Assembly: GCA_002269645.1 (NCBI GenBank)
Contig: NIVC01000036.1
Coordinates: 372,001 to 436,000 of the forward strand
DNA: 64,000 nucleotides
Direction: 5' to 3'
Source of the DNA: Macrostomum lignano
Lineage: Eukaryota
Shown: positions 1-22,740 of the stretch, in pieces
Layout: each line of letters starts with the position of its first letter
How positions within the stretch are numbered: the stretch's first letter is position 1
Notes under the pieces: model-generated
Seen by the model: the letters and a program-made list of their open reading frames with translations, nothing else
Database searches by the model: none
What the model was told of the DNA's origin: nothing
Program-made: the position numbers and the translations under genes

Positions 1-69
1 TTGCAGCGTAAATTCCTACCTGTCACTGAATCAATACGGCAATGTTTTCTAGGAATATACAGGCCTATA

Positions 70-2270
70 CACTAGAATTCCACCCATCATATACTATGGA
101 ACTTTAGAATCTCACCCATAGATTATAGGACTCTAGAATCTCACCCACTAAATTATAGGACTCTAGAATCTCACCCACTAAATTATAGGACTCTAGAATC
201 TCATCCATAGATTATAGGACTCTAGAATCTCACCCACTAAATTATAGGACTCTAGAATCTCACCCACTAGATTATAGGACTCTAGAATCTCACCCGCTAG
301 ATTATAGGACTCTAGAATCTCACCCACTAAATTATAGGACTCTAGAATCTCATCGATAGATTGTAGGACTCTAGAATCTCACCCACTAAATTATAGGACT
401 CTAGAATCTCACCCACTAGATTATAGGACTCTAGAATCTCACTCTCTGAATTATAGGACTCTAGAATCTCACCCACTAGATTATAGGACTCTAGAATCTC
501 ACCCGCTAGATTATAGGACTCTAGAATCTCACCCACTAAAATATAGGACTCTAGAATCTCATCGATAGATTATAGGACTCTAGAATCTCACCCATAGATT
601 ATAGGGACTCTAGAATCTCACCCGCTAGATTATAGGACTCTAGAATCTCACCCATAGATTATAGGGACTCTAGAATCTCACCCGCTAGATTATAGGACTC
701 TAGAATCTCACCCATAGATTATAGGACTCTAGAATCTCACCCATAGATTATAGGACTCTAGAATCTCACCCATAGATTATAGGGACTCTAGAATCTCACC
801 CATAGATTATAGGGACTCTAGAATCTCACCCACTAAATTATGGGACTCTAGAATCTCACCCATAGATTATAGGACTCCAGAATCTCACCCGCTAGATTAT
901 AGGACTCTAGAATCTCACCCGCTAGATTATAGGACTCTAGAATCTCACCCGCTTGATTATAGGACTCTAGAATCTCACTCATAGATTATAGGGACTCTAG
1001 AATCTCACCCATAGATTATAGGACTCTAGAATCTCACCCGCTAGATTATAGGACTCTAGAATCTCACCCATAGATTATAGGACTCTAGAATCTCACCCAC
1101 TAGATTATAGGACTCTAGAATCTCACCCACTAGATTATAGGACTCTAGTATCTCACCCACTAGATTATAGGACTCTAGAATCTCACCCACTAGATTATAG
1201 GACTCTAGAATCCCCCCCACTAGATTAAAGGGACTCTAGAATCTCACCCATAGATTATAGGACTCTAGAATCTCACCCACTAGATTATAGGACTCTAGAA
1301 TCTCACCCATAGATTATAGGGACTCTAGAATCTCACCCATAGATTATTGGGACTCTAGAATCTCACCCGCTAGATTATAGGACTCTAGAATCTCACCCAT
1401 AGATTATAGGACTCTAGAATCTCACCCATAGATTATAGGACTCTAGAATCTCACCCATAGATTATAGGGACTCTAGAATCTCACCCATAGATTATAGGGA
1501 CTCTAGAATCTCACCCACTAAATTATGGGACTCTAGAATCTCACCCATAGATTATAGGACTCTAGAATCTCACCCGCTAGATTATAGGACTCTAGAATCT
1601 CACCCGCTAGATTATAGAACTCTAGAATCTCACCCATAGATTATAGGGACTCTAGAATCTCACCCATAGATTATAGGGACTCTAGAATCTCACCCACTAA
1701 ATTATGGGACTCTAGAATCTCACCCGCTAGATTATAGAACTCTAGAATCTCACCCATAGATTATAGGGACTCTAGAATCTCACCCATAGATTATAGGGAC
1801 TCTAGAATCTCACTCTCTGAATTATAGGACTCTAGAATCTCACCCACTAGATTATAGGACTCTAGAATCCCCCCCACTAGATTAAAGGGACTCTAGAATC
1901 TCACCCATAGATTATAGGACTCTAGAATCTCACTCACTAGATTATAGGACTCTAGAATCTCACCCACTAGATTATAGGACTCTAGTATCTCACCCACTAG
2001 ATTATAGGACTCTAGAATCTCACCCACTAGATTATAGGAGTCTAGAATCCCCCCCACTAGATTAAAGGGACTCTAGAATCTCACCCATAGATTATAGGAC
2101 TCTAGAATCTCACTCACTAGATTATAGGACTCTAGAATCTCACCCACTAGATTATAGGACTCTAGTATCTCACCCACTAGATTATAGGACTCTAGAATCC
2201 CCCCCCACTAGATTAAAGGGACTCTAGAATCCCCCCCACAAAATTATAGGACTCTAGAATCTATAGAGCC
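70..2270. repeat. Minisatellite, ~30-bp unit (GGACTCTAGAATCTCACCCACTAGATTATA)
   Basis: About 70 near-identical 29-31-bp copies read directly; no unique spacers. Confidence 0.97.
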
Positions 2271-2609
2271 ACTAGATAAACGCATATAATGCAAAATCAC
2301 GAAAATAAAAAGGCTAAACAGCTCAAACACTGACAAAAAACATTTATCTCTATTGTTAAATACAAAATGCTACTACACAGGAGTAAAAAACTACGGGAAA
2401 GACAGAGGTACAAAGCGCATAATTAACTATTAATTAACTTAGGTCATATAAACAAAGAGAAAATGATTTTATATAAATATACGCATGCACATACTTTACA
2501 GATACACCCAAAAATAATCTAATAATCTATTTTATTGAGGGTTAAATAATTCAGTTAGCAGCCAGTGCAGTAGTTCCTTTCTGTCAAGCGGAGTGCAGGA
2601 ACTAAAATG

Positions 2610-3350
2610 AGAGGGGGTTCAAGCACACTGCGGTAGGAGGGGCAAAGGGGTTTAAGCACAAACAGGGGTAACAGGGGTAAGAGGGCAGAGGGGGTTCAAG
2701 CACAAACTGGGGTAGGAGGGGCAGAAGGGTTCAAGCACAAACTGGGGCAGAAGGGGCAAAGGGGGTTCAAGCACAGACTGGGGTAGGAGGGGCAGAGGGG
2801 GTTCAAGCACAGACTGGGGTAGGAGGGCAGAGGGGTTCAAGCACACAGACTGGGGTAGGAGGGGCAGAGGGGGTTCAAGCACAAACTGGGATAGGAGGGG
2901 CAGAGGGGTTCAAGCACAGACTGGGATAGGAGGGGCAGAGGGGTTCAAGCACAGACTGGGGTAGAAGGGGCAAAGGGGGTTCAAGCACACAGACTGGGGT
3001 AGGAGGGGCAGAGGGGGTTCAAGCACAAACTGGGATAGGAGGGGCAGAGGGGTTCAAGCACAGACTGGGATAGGAGGGGCAGAGGGGTTCAAGCACAGAC
3101 TGGGGTAGAAGGGGCAGAGGGGGTTCAAGCACACAGACTGGGATAGGAGGGGCAGAGGGGTTCAAGCACAGACTGGGGTAGAAGGGGCAGAGGGGGTTCA
3201 AGCACACAGACTGGGGTAGGAGGGGCAGAGGGGGTTCAAGCACAGACTGGGGTAGGAGGGGCAGAGGGGGTTTAAGCACACAGACGGGGTTGGAGGGGCA
3301 GAAGGGGTTCAAAAACAGACTGGGGCAAGATGGGCAGAGGGGGTTCAAAC
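2610..3350. repeat. G-rich minisatellite, ~36-38-bp unit (GGGGTAGGAGGGGCAGAGGGGGTTCAAGCACAGACT)
   Basis: Tandem copies visible; source of spurious ORFs 2652-2882 and 3019-3387. Confidence 0.95.
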
Positions 3351-4100
3351 ACAGACTTGGGCAGGAGCTAGGGGCTGGGGCGTTCATTTTTAAGGCATCC
3401 TAGATCGCAGTAATCAATAGCGGTCACTTAGAAACTGTCTATTTATCATTGAGACAAATATTTTTGACAAGCGTCTGTCAGCACACAGAACCAATATTGA
3501 TTAATTGATTGATTGATTATATTTAGGGTTTACCAGTCATAGAATTCACTCAAAAACTAATTTGCTGCACTTCGATTCACTCTCCTTGTAATCATAATAC
3601 ATGTAGTCTCCTTGAACTTTTCAGTGAAGCGGCATCTTGTCTAGACTTGAGAAAATCATTCTTGAGAAAAGTTTTAGATTACACGTCATGTAGACTAAAG
3701 TAAATAAATTTATTTGGAACGAAAAGTACACAAATTAATAATAACAGTCAATTAATTCACACTGATAAAAAAATTTGAAAAAAATTTTTGGTGATGAATG
3801 GTAACTGACTTGAATAAAACACATTGAATCACTATGGATATTCCAATTGGGTCACATTTTTATGCAGACAATAAATTTAAAGAATTGTCTTGTAAAACAG
3901 CTAACAGTGACTAGAAATGGTTTAGGATTAAAACGGCGACTTTAAAGTGTTTTATTTGCTAGACAAATCACAGTGCCTAACAGGCAATATTGCCACACGG
4001 ATAAATTGACAGGGGGTCAAGTAAATCACCATTAATGAGTGCTGAATAAATAATATAGTACAGATGAAGACAGATTAGCAGACTGAAAATTAATTTGCTG

Positions 4101-5072
<972 letters not shown>

Positions 5073-5192
5073 GATAAAACTTGAAACCAAGCAAATATAA
5101 AATATAAATGGTTTCAGAAACAATAAAGCTTCAAAATCTTCAACAAAGAGCTGCAGGACCCAGACGGCAATAAAGGAGAACCAGCCGGTCAA

Positions 5193-7761
5193 CTACTCAG
5201 GCTCCCGACCTGCCGGGGCCAAGTCTGAGCAGTCAGGCTCCGTCTCGTCTTCAGATCGCATGCCGACGCAGCGGATTCCGTTCTTCAACGCTGGGGTGCC
5301 TTTGAATTTGCCTGAGTTGTCAAAAAAATGGGGATAAAAATCCCCACGGTAATTGCAATTTAGTCTAAAACAAATAACTCAAGTTGATTCACTGGAGAAC
5401 AGTGAATTTGAACACGAAATCCTGATTTTTTGTATAACTGTTTTCATTCACTAGTAAGGTCCGCTTTTTCCTACGATCGTTCTTTAAAATTAGATTTTTA
5501 ATATTGCCCAACTGTAAAATGAGATGTACAATTTTACATGAGATCAGATGTAAAATTGATTATGAGATTTGACCGAAAATGATCTTCTATAACCGAATTC
5601 TAAGAAGACCAGAGATTCCCCATTATCAAATTCAAGAGAAAGATCTCCCGTGACCGAAATTCCTAAAGTGAAAAGTCCCCAATGAACGTTACCGAAACAA
5701 CGATTCTACACGACCAAATTCAAGAGAAAGATTCACCATGATCGAATTCAAAAAAATAGATTCTCCATGACCAAATTAAAGAGAAAGATTCCCATGACTG
5801 AAAATCCAAAAGAAAGATTCCTCATGACCGAATTCAAGAGAAAGATTCCTCATGACCGAATTCAAGAGAAAGATTCCTCATGACCGAATTCAAGAGAAAG
5901 ATTCCTCATGACCGAATTCAAGAGAAAGATTCCTCATGATCGAATTCAAAAGAAAAGATTCCCCATGACCGAATTCAAAAGAAATATTCCCCCATGACCG
6001 AATTCAAAAGAAAGATTCCCAAATGACCGAATTCAAAAAAGAAATTCCCCATGACCAAATTAAAGAAAAAAATTCCCCATGACCAAATTAAAGAAAAAAA
6101 TTCCTCACGACTGAATTCAAGAGAAAGATTCCGCATGACCGAATTTAAAAGAAAGATTCCCCATGACTCAATTCAAAAGAAAGATTCCCCATGACTCAAT
6201 TCAAAAGAAAGATTCCCCATGACCGAATTCAAGAGAAAGTTCCCAATGACCGAATATCCGAAAAAAAGATTTCCTATGACCGAATATGTCAAAGAAAGAT
6301 TCCCCATGACCCACTTCAAGAGAAAGATTCCCGATGATTGAACACCCCAAAGAAAGATTCTACATAACCGAATTCCACGAAAAAATACCCTGTGATAGAA
6401 TTAAAGAGAAAGATTCCTCACAATCAATATCAAGAGAAAGATTCCCCGTGACCAAATTGCCATCCAACTACTCACCTAACACTCTGGCGTGAAAGTGCAC
6501 AGTGAGTTTCGCCTCCGAATCGAAGAGGCCCTCAGGCTGACGAGAACTCTCTTCAGAGCCTCTCAGAGTCAGCGACTCTCGCATCAGGCGCTCCTTATGA
6601 GCGAATAATTCGAACCGAAACACGTCAGCTGTGGAGTCATCCGTGCCAGGCTCGAATGACTTCAGTCTGACGAATAAATTGCTGATCGGATCGCAGACTT
6701 CAACAGAGCGACCAAGTTTGTGCTGACTTTTGTCAATTGATACGTCAACTTCGTACACGTGATTCACCTGGATAAGAGAAGTGCAGATGGATTCACTAAT
6801 CCCATAATCTGAATCACTAATCCCATGATCCAAATCCCATAATCTGAATCACTAATCCCATGATCCAAATCCCATAATCTGAATCACTAATCCCATAATC
6901 CAAATCTCATAATCTGAATCACTAATCCATAATCCAAATCCCATAATCTGAATCACTAATCCATAATCCTAATCCAATAATCTGAATCACTAATCCCATA
7001 ATCCAAATCACGTAACCTGAATCACTAATCCATAATCCAAATCCCATAACCTGAATCACTAATCACTAATCAAAATCCCATAATCTGTATCACTAATCCC
7101 ATGATCCAAATCCCATAATCTGAATCACTAATCCCATGATCCAAATCCAATAATCTGAATCACTAATCCTTGATCCGAATCCCTTAATCTGAATCACTAA
7201 TCCCATGATCCAAATCCCATAATCTGAATCACTAATCCATAATCCAAATCCAATAATCTGAATCACTAATACATAATCCAAATCCAATAATCTGAATCAC
7301 TAATCCATAATCCAAATCCAATAATCTGAATCACTAATACATAATCCAAATCCCATAACCTGAATCACTAATCCATAATCCAAATCCCATAACCTGAATC
7401 ACTAATCCATAATCCAAATCCCATAACCTGAATCACTAATCACTTATCAAAATCCCATAATCTGAATCACTAATCCCATAATCCAAATCATGTAATCTAA
7501 ATCACTAATCCCACGAATCCAGATCCTCCACTCTAGTTCAATAACGACACATTTCAAGGTAAAGCATTAAAACACAAAGACCACAAATACATCTCAAAAT
7601 CAAACCTGCAAGAACCCGAGATGAACATCGATGCAATCTGTACTGGTAGCATCAATCAGAATCTCCAGATCGTGATGCGACACCTCTTCTGGATTAAAGT
7701 GCACGTGACCGATAATTCCTTTGCCTGTGGTGCCTTGGAAATTATCATCCGTGCTGCTCAT
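5193..7761 (-). CDS. ADISSP: UPF0687/C20orf27 (ADISSP)-like protein, 188 aa, 3 exons
   Basis: Exons 7606-7761, 6476-6767, 5193-5311 with GT-AG and matching phases. HVHFN...VHLGFLQVNHVYEV...FAHKERLMRE...HARVLGKFKGTPALKNGIRCVG parallels recalled human HVHFD...VKVGFLKILHRYEI...SAHKEGVLKE...QARVMDRHHGTPMLLDGVKCVG. Confidence 0.85.
5700..6455. repeat. Intronic minisatellite, ~28-bp unit (CATGACCGAATTCAAGAGAAAGATTCCT)
   Basis: Degenerate tandem copies in ADISSP-like intron 2 (5312-6475). Confidence 0.9.
6790..7515. repeat. Intronic minisatellite, 33-35-bp unit (TAATCTGAATCACTAATCCCATGATCCAAATCCCA)
   Basis: Tandem copies filling ADISSP-like intron 1 (6768-7605). Confidence 0.93.
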
Positions 7762-8000
7762 CTCACAATTGTAACTTCAGCGTTAAAATTAATTATTCTC
7801 AGAGATGAAGCAGGGCGCAAGACTCAAACTGAAGACGTTGATCAAACTGAAATAAAAAACAGTTCAAAGTTACACTGTTTTGAATTTAACGACAAAATTA
7901 ACCATATAATTTGAATTTGAAAGCAAAAATGCATTAGATATTCAAAATAAATTAGCCAACCCCAAAGGAGCAGTAAATTCTACTTCGAATTCTAAACATG

Positions 8001-9331
8001 AGAGCTTACAGCTACAGCTTACAGCTACAGCTTACAGCTACAGCTACAGCTTACAGCTACAGCTTACAGCTACAGCTTACAGCTACAGCTTACAGCTACA
8101 GCTTACAGCTACAGCTACAGCTTACAGCTACAGCTTACAGCTACAGCTTACAGCTACAGCTACAGCTTATAGCTACAGCTTACAGCTACAGCTAAAGCTT
8201 ATAGCTACAGCTTACAGCTACAGCTTACAGCTACAGCTTACAGCTACAGCTTACAGCTACAGCTTACAGCTACAGCTTACAGCTACAGCTTACAGCTACA
8301 GCTTACAGCTACAGCTTACAGCTTACAGCTAAAGCTTATAGCTACAGCTTACAGCTACAGCTAAAGCTTATAGCTACAGCTTACAGCTACATATTACAGC
8401 TACAGCTTACAGCTACAGCTTACAGCTACAGCTTACAGCTACAGCTTACAGCTACAGCTTACAGCTACAGCTTACAGCTACAGCTTACAGCTACAGCTTA
8501 CAGCTACAGCTTACAGCTACAGCTTACAGCTTACAGCTAAAGCTTATAGCTACAGCTTACAGCTACAGCTAAAGCTTATAGCTACAGCTTACAGCTACAG
8601 ATTACAGCTACAGCTTAGAGCTACAGCTACAGCTTTTAGCTACATCTTATAGCTACAGCTTATAGCTACAGCTTACAGCTACAGCTTACAGCTACAGCTT
8701 ACAGCTACAGCTTACAGCTACAGCTTACAGCTACAGCTTACAGCTACAGCTTACAGCTACAGCTTACAGCTACAGCTTACAGCTTACAGCTAAAGCTTAT
8801 AGCTACAGCTTACAGCTACAGCTAAAGCTTATAGCTACAGCTTACAGCTACAGATTACAGCTACAGCTTACAGCTACAGCTTACAGCTACAGCTTACAGC
8901 TTACAGCTAAAGCTTATAGCTACAGCTTACAGCTTACAGCTAAAGCTTATAGCTACAGCTTACAGCTACAGCTAAAGCTTATAGCTACAGCTTACAGCTA
9001 CAGATTACAGCTACAGCTTAGAGCTACAGCTACAGCTTTTAGCTACATCTTATAGCTACAGCTTATAGCTACAGCTTACAGCTACAGCTTACAGCTAGAG
9101 CTTACAGCTACAGCTTACAGCTACAGCTTACAGCTACAGCTTACAGCTACAGCTTACAGCTACAGCTTACAGCTACAGCTTACAGCTACAGCTTACAGCT
9201 ACAGCTTACAGCTACAGCTTACAGCTACAGCTTACAGCTACAGCTTACAGCTACAGCTTACAGCTACAGCTTACAGCTACAGCTTACAGCTACAGCTTAC
9301 AGCTACAGCTTAGTTACAACCTACAGCTTAC
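8001..9331. repeat. 13-bp minisatellite (AGCTTACAGCTAC)
   Basis: About 1.3-kb array; a diagnostic variant block recurs at ~8631 and ~9034 (403-bp internal duplication). Confidence 0.97.
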
Positions 9332-9844
9332 AGTAATGACTCTAAGACACTAAACCAAGTGCACTGAATAACAGCAATAGTGGCAATATAATTGATTGAA
9401 TATACTAGAAGCAAACGGCTCTGGCAAAAGCAAAAAAAAGCCTCGACATGGCTGTCGGCCCTGTTAGCTAAATCGATTTCTCTCGAATAGAATGCAATAG
9501 AGTGGGCTTGCATTCCGTGCAAGCCAGTGGATCAGAGAAGGGCTACTTCGGCGCATTTTAGTATCGATTCAGTGGGTTCATTTTGGATGGACTTTATCAG
9601 ACAAGAAATAGAGAGGCTGCAAGCCCCATCAAACAGGCTCTCTGTAGGCACATACGATTAAATGGACGCAACCAACGTTGCAAAAATGTATTTCTGAATA
9701 AAGAATAATTCAAGAATCAAAATATTTACTTTTCAAGTAACTACACTCAGCAACATTGAAAAGCCTTCACGTCTACGCAAAGCAGCTACACGAGCTGAAC
9801 GATTGGCTATTGAAAGTTTTTCGACTATGTTTGGGCCATAGACA

Positions 9845-10142
9845 GGAGGGGGGCCTAGCCCAGTGGTCTAGCGCGACGCTCTGTGCTTGGCCCAGGCTCG
9901 ATTCCAAGTGCAGTCACTTTAATTTTAAAGCCAATTAAAGCCAACCCCCAAGGCACAGTGTGAAGTGTACATGCCTAACGATAAAAAAGTTCGGTCCACT
10001 GTACACTCCTGTGTGAGTGTGTGCCAGTGCGTATGACTGCTAAGGGGAGTCAGTGGAATGGGTAGTACTCCTCTCGCTGGTTGTGACAATGTCGCTCAAA
10101 GTGAACCAGGTGCACAATGCCCATGCCTCTAATTAAAAATTG
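9845..10142 (+). mobile_element. tRNA-derived SINE, family A, copy 1
   Basis: A-box TAGCCCAGTGG (9856-9866), B-box GGCTCGATTCC (9895-9905); 12-bp TSD GGGCCATAGACA at 9833-9844 and 10143-10154; three more homologous copies in the window. Confidence 0.85.
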
Positions 10143-11739
10143 GGGCCATAGACAATCAAAATAAGGCAACAAAAAATGAACAGCGAAACAAACCTATTCT
10201 AATTCCCTGTGTGCATGTCTAAATTACAGTCAGTGACGGGTATAGCAACCACGAATGTTTGATCACTAGCTAATGGTTTTTCAGTGACTCCCAACAGTGA
10301 CACTTGAATCACTGAAGCAGTGACGGTGAATGCTTTATGCTTTTAGCTTGCTTTTCTCGTTCGTCTGTTACAATTTGTCGTTTAGTAAAAAATGAGAATG
10401 TACGATACATACGGATTTTTTCGCGGCTTTAGCTTAAGCAATTGCTGTCGTGAAAGAATCTGTCTATGTCGTTTATTATACCCTTTTGTGTGAAATATGA
10501 TTGTTACCGGGTTTCTAGTCAATTCTTCTGTGCAGGCACTTTGAAAAAGCAGTAAAGATAAGCAGTCAATCGTCTATGGTAATTGGAAAGGACAGTGAAG
10601 AAAACAGCTGGCAAACAATCGTATTCTTGCCGAAAACCATAGGTGGTCGGCATAGGTGGTCGAAAACCATAGACAAAAGGATACAATTATCGATTTGCTC
10701 GGCCTTTTAGTCTGTGTCTCTAGGCGAGACCAAATCTACTGCTGCCAAATGGGAGTTGTCAACCTGGCTGACAAAAGCAATACTGTAAACACTGATGATT
10801 TATGAATAAGAAAGTTAACTTACTTCGTGCGTGCGTGACCACTGATACACAAGCACTGAGACTTGGCTCAGTACACAGAAACAGGATGCTCGCGCTGACT
10901 TAAAAACAAGAAATAATCAGTTCTTAGTAGCAGCAGTCTTGGATACTCAAGCTAGCTTTACTTTATTAATCCACTAATTGCAGCCTCGCATCTACCTGGG
11001 TATAGCTTCCTGTTTGTGTAGCGAGAGTAGGTAGAGAGAGAGAAAGATTCACTAGCTTAAATAATATGGACACGTTGTAGCCTGACCCTTCATCAGCTCA
11101 AGGCTGATTGGTCACCTAGAATGGAAAGAAGCAGCATGAAGGATGCGACAGGAGCTCACGACAGAGAGACTGCGCATTGAGACTTCTCTCCCCACTGAGT
11201 CCACTGACTGATGGTATAAGCCTTTATCAATCTTGTCGAAAGGGTTGATTAGTGTTGGATCAGAGGTGCTTAGTTTCAACAGAATTAAAAGCAAAAAAAC
11301 AGAATTAAGCGTTGCATTTCGTGGGCTGGGGGTTGGGGGGCTCCTAGCACAGTGGGCTACAGCATTTGCTAACGAACACTTGCAAGTTAAGAAGAGTTAG
11401 CAGCGGTTAGTATACGGCTTACTAGGCTGCTTGAGTCACTTGTCAAAGATAATAAAGCAAGAGCCCAACTCATTAGCCCTAATAGCCCTGGTTTACTACT
11501 TCAAGTAGAAATAAAAAATGCAAACTATTGAATATGTGTGCAACAATTAGAAATCTTTTGTGAAATTTAAAATAAAAACTTTATGCTACTTAGTATTTTA
11601 AGTAGTATAGTAAACATGAGAAAGGTATTTGGGGTTAAACAGAAAAAAATAATAGGCAATAAGCTCTTTTCTACTCATAAATATATAGATTATAATTGTA
11701 GTTTGTGGTAGCCTGCTAGCCTACACACTTAACCTCACA

Positions 11740-11922
11740 ATGCCCAATTAAGGGTTAGTTGGTCACATGCTTGGGCGCAACCTAGGGATTCACCTGGCCA
11801 TGTTGCTATTTGCTAAGAGCAGTCACATGACTACTATTCCATCCAATAGTGACTTATACGTGTGTGTTGCCAATAGAAATGGCCAAGTGATTCCCAAGGT
11901 TGCGCATGTATGGTTGGTCAAA
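11740..11922. mobile_element. Degenerate palindromic (MITE-like) element
   Basis: GCGCAACCTAGGGATTCACCTGGCCAT (~11774-11800) pairs with ATGGCCAAGTGATTCCCAAGGTTGCGC (~11880-11905); the right side is interrupted by SINE A copy 2. Confidence 0.5.
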
Positions 11923-12282
11923 AGGGGGTCATAGCCTAGTGGTAGCGCAGCTGCTCTGGTGTGCCAGCAATCCAGGCTTGATTCCAAGTGCAGTCACATT
12001 AATTTGGGGCTGAATTCGAATTTTGGCTTGGCTCTGCTCATGCAATTAACAGCCTTGAGAGCCAACCCACTAAGGCGCAGTAAAGTGTACATGCCTAACA
12101 ATAAATAAATTTAGGGCCGCTGTACACTCTTGTGTGAGTATGTGCCTGCGTACAAATCTGCACGCTTGCATGCCTGCTCAGGGGAGTCAGTGGAATGGGC
12201 AGTAATGCTTCTTGCGGGTTGTGTGCCCATGTTGCTTAAAGTGCACCAGGGTACACACAACCCCCTGCCTCTATTTATATTA
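11923..12282 (+). mobile_element. tRNA-derived SINE, family A, copy 2
   Basis: A-box TAGCCTAGTGG, B-box GGCTTGATTCC, shared body (AAGTGCAGTCAC...GGGGAGTCAGTGGAATGGG); 14-bp TSD TATGGTTGGTCAAA at 11909-11922 and 12283-12296. Confidence 0.87.
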
Positions 12283-14443
12283 TATGGTTGGTCAAATAGC
12301 CAAACTGACTTTACAACCTTGACTTTTATTGGGCAATATCTTGCCCTGCCACTGTCTCACACTTTATAAACTAAAAAATAAACCACTTTTTTGCTTTCTG
12401 AACTTAGGCTTGGTGAATATTTTTAAGCTGCCAAAACTTTGCTTGATTTGCATTTAATGTTTTTATTTCATATGAATATTTCACGATTTTCAAAAAAAGA
12501 AGATTTTAGAATATTCCTAGAAAAGGCTATCAAAAAGAAATAGATAGATTATCAAAATGAATTATTAATTTACTTACTAAGAAACATATAAATATTCCTA
12601 ATAAATTATATAAATACCTATAAGTTGCCCATTAATATGAATACACTAAAATATTTGAAATTATTTAGGCCTAAAATTATTACAATATATGAAACATATT
12701 AAAGTAAAACTTTATATGTACTTATAACATTTTCAAATTATATTTATAATATTAGGCCTAATATAGAAACTATATACTGAAATATATAATTTATATATAA
12801 AATATTGGCACCTTTTGGCCTTAAAAAGCAATAAACAAATTTTAATACAATATTACTCATTTGTTTTGGCCTAGTAGTATCTTTTAGGAAATTTGAACAA
12901 ACTTTAATATCAATACTAGAGGTCACAAAATCCTAGATTCTGTCAATCCCAGGATTGATATTTTTCTAGCACCTTGTTGTAAATGTTACGACAGCTAAAG
13001 GGGTAATGCTAGTCTGGTAATCTAATATATTTAACATTTTAGACTATCTAATATATATCACTATCATTATTGATTACTAGGGGCCTATGCAAAGCAATAT
13101 GAATGTATATACATATATTACATACTATATAATAGTACTAGTAGTATGCACATTGCAAAACAAATGTATATGACTCATGGACATGGTTGTGGAGTTGTTG
13201 GCCCATGGCATGAAGCACACTCACAAGGAGTCACAAGGACTCACAGTCACAACATAAGTCACAACCTGAACCTGAACCTACTACTGCCTAGGCATTCATA
13301 TTGTCACTTGTCAGTCTAGAGTCTAGACTCACAACAACAAGTTCAAACTTTAAAATCAAATCTCAATATTAAATGATTTAAACAAGACTCAACTCAAACA
13401 ACATAAAGACCTAACAAAGTGGGCAATGGAGAATGGACATGTATGCATGTATGTTCCATATTTGAACTAACTGCCATTTGATAATAAAATACTTGCTATA
13501 TTATATTAGACATTATAAAAACATAGCATTAAAATTCTGGGTTTAAATCCTGACCCATGAATCCTAGAAAAAGCCCTAAATCCCAAAATCCCAGGATTGT
13601 GACCCTTAGGGGTGGCCTAATCAGTACTAAAATAACAATTATAACCAAGGCCAAAGTCTAAGTTGTGAAACAAATATATTCTAGCAAAACAGCTATCACC
13701 AAAGACACTAGTCTTATTACCAAAATGACCTCTGCCTGCCAAAATGACCTCTGACTGAAATGTCTTGCTACCAAAATGACTAGGTAGGCCTAGGCCTAGT
13801 TAGTATATAGGACTTAATGCATGTGAATTTGTTAAATACCCAACTGATCAAGCCAATCTAGCTAGGGGAAGAGACCATTAGACGTAGCCCATTAAGTTTG
13901 CATTTGCAATAAGCTTATACTTATTTCAATCAATATAGCATCCTAAGATGATGGTGGCAGAAAAAACACTCTAAATATTAAAACGGTTTTTAAAAAATTA
14001 GATCTTATTCGTAGCCTAGCTTGATTCTTAGCAGTTACATCTATAATCTTAATTCCTAAGGTGTCCACACTTTTGAGTATCAGTGCTCTTTGGTACCCAG
14101 AATTTCGGTACCCAAGGTTGCTTTTTGGTGCTTGAAGAATACATACCCTCTTCTTGGTCTTGGGATCCATATTAATCTAGATAATACATGCACACGGTAG
14201 ACCTTTTTAAATCGTTTTACAAGACATCAAACAGAATAACAAATCCAGTTAAGTTTTTATAAAAAAATATTATAAAAGTAAGTAAAAAGCCTTTCCTATG
14301 CTTAAAAGAAATAAGTGATCATAATTTTTTTCTTTGAAAATAATTTTTTAAGTGCTAATATTGTTTTATACACACTTTTAACATGGCATACTCCAACATT
14401 TTTTGTGCCTTTTGTTTTCTATAGACTATTGAATGCTTCCGCA

Positions 14444-22740
<8,297 letters not shown>

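Noticed and set aside
70-2270. CRISPR-like appearance of ~30-36-bp repeats (also 36024-36808, 39078-40270, 40548-41255)
   Set aside because: Head-to-tail repeats with no unique spacers, no cas genes, and a eukaryotic context.
12915-13610. Possible TIR pair (GGTCACAA..TCCT..GATT) around AT-rich DNA
   Set aside because: Short, mismatched, no TSD and no transposase remnant I can support.
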